Shown: one piece after another, positions 62,831 through 64,000 of the stretch | Layout of the letters: each line of letters begins with the position of its first letter | Position numbering within the stretch: the stretch's first letter is position 1 | NCBI RefSeq assembly: GCF_001194135.2 | Contig: NC_068992.1 | Span: forward strand, 2,536,035 to 2,600,034 | Direction of reading: 5' to 3' | From: Octopus bimaculoides | Taxonomy: Eukaryota | DNA: 64,000 nucleotides | The notes under the pieces: generated by a model | Seen by the model: only the letters and a program-made list of their open reading frames with translations | Database searches by the model: none | What the model was told of the DNA's origin: nothing | Made by a program: the position numbers and the translations under genes

Positions 62831-63859
62831 GGTTCGGTTTCTGTTATAAAGTAGAACACTGATATCTGTCGAGATTTTTGATAAACAGATTTTTCATAAA
62901 ATATTTATTCTTTTCATAACTCCCCACCCCCCTCAAAAGAAAATGTCATTGCTACGAATGACAAACAGCAATAAGCTTCACCATCCATCTGCCATTTCTT
63001 CATCGCCTGTCTGCTTAAGTAGCTAAGGTGCACTGAATATATAGGGATGGATAGGCTCAGAAAGAAGAATGCTAAAAGATGAAATTGTTTTTGGAGTCAG
63101 TTCTATACAAAGTCTTGTTTGGTCAGATTTTTTCCATATGGGTAATATTCTAGTGAATCGCAACATTGAGCATAGGGATCTGGTTGCTAAATATTCCTGC
63201 TACATTTTTATGGTTGGATGCTAATGTTTAAATTATCATATCCTACAGCTTGATATTTTAAATATTTGTAGATAATCCGCTTTACCTTTCTTCTAGATGA
63301 TCTGCTGATAATGTGTACAGAATCCCATCAAATGATTCTGTCTTCCACAATCCTCCACTGAGTTCTTTTGGATTTGGATTATGGCTAGAATAAACCTGCA
63401 AGCAAACCAAGTTCACAATGTCGTTTACAACCCTTTTTAGAAATGTCCTTGATAGGTGGAACCTCTTTGTGGAATATTACTTCTGGCTTTACAAAGGATT
63501 GGAGAAGCTTGGAATCAATAAAATGACACTTGTACGGAGATATGAATCTTGGTGATAGACAAATTTAAAGGTATTACAACTCAATACACACATGTAATGA
63601 TGGGAAAAATCGTGTAATGAGTCATAGAAAGTTTGGAAATGAAACTATGTTGATAATAATGTGATTAATATTGAAATTAATATTGATTTCGGAAGTTGGC
63701 CAGTAAACTTACATAGAATCAAATAGACACAGCATGATGCATACAGTAATTAAATACTTCTGGAAGTCTAGAATATTCTTCATATTGACCAAATTAAACT
63801 AAACTTTGGCACTAATATAAAACTAGGGATGATGTATCTCAATGTGGGGAAGGGGAACA

Positions 63860-64000
<141 letters not shown>

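Overview
AT-rich, microsatellite- and retroposon-saturated animal DNA with many N-gaps. The SINE repertoire and (AT)n/(AC)n load look like a cephalopod (Octopus-type) genome; this is an inference from repeat sequence, not a database match. I cannot identify any protein-coding host gene with confidence, and nearly all ORFs in the supplied track are microsatellite, gap or SINE artefacts. Well supported: (i) a bounded hAT (Tip100-like) DNA transposon at 42707-44929 with TIRs, an exact 8-bp target-site duplication and both ends of a damaged transposase around an assembly gap; (ii) dozens of copies of four or five SINE/short-retroposon families (working labels A-E); (iii) relics of RTE, CR1/L2-like and L1/Tx1-like LINEs, including LINE-type C2H2 fingers; (iv) a mariner relic with an internal fold-back inversion, plus Tc1/mariner- and piggyBac-type MITEs; (v) a 125-bp near-perfect palindrome; (vi) a compact CCAAT/HSE/TATA promoter-like cluster at about 28.0-28.15 kb pointing to a minus-strand transcript. 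Several isolated splice-flanked exon candidates, including two 21-nt micro-exons, are low confidence. I found no convincing new biological system; the most promising leads are the promoter, the hAT element and the inverted-repeat (dsRNA) architecture.
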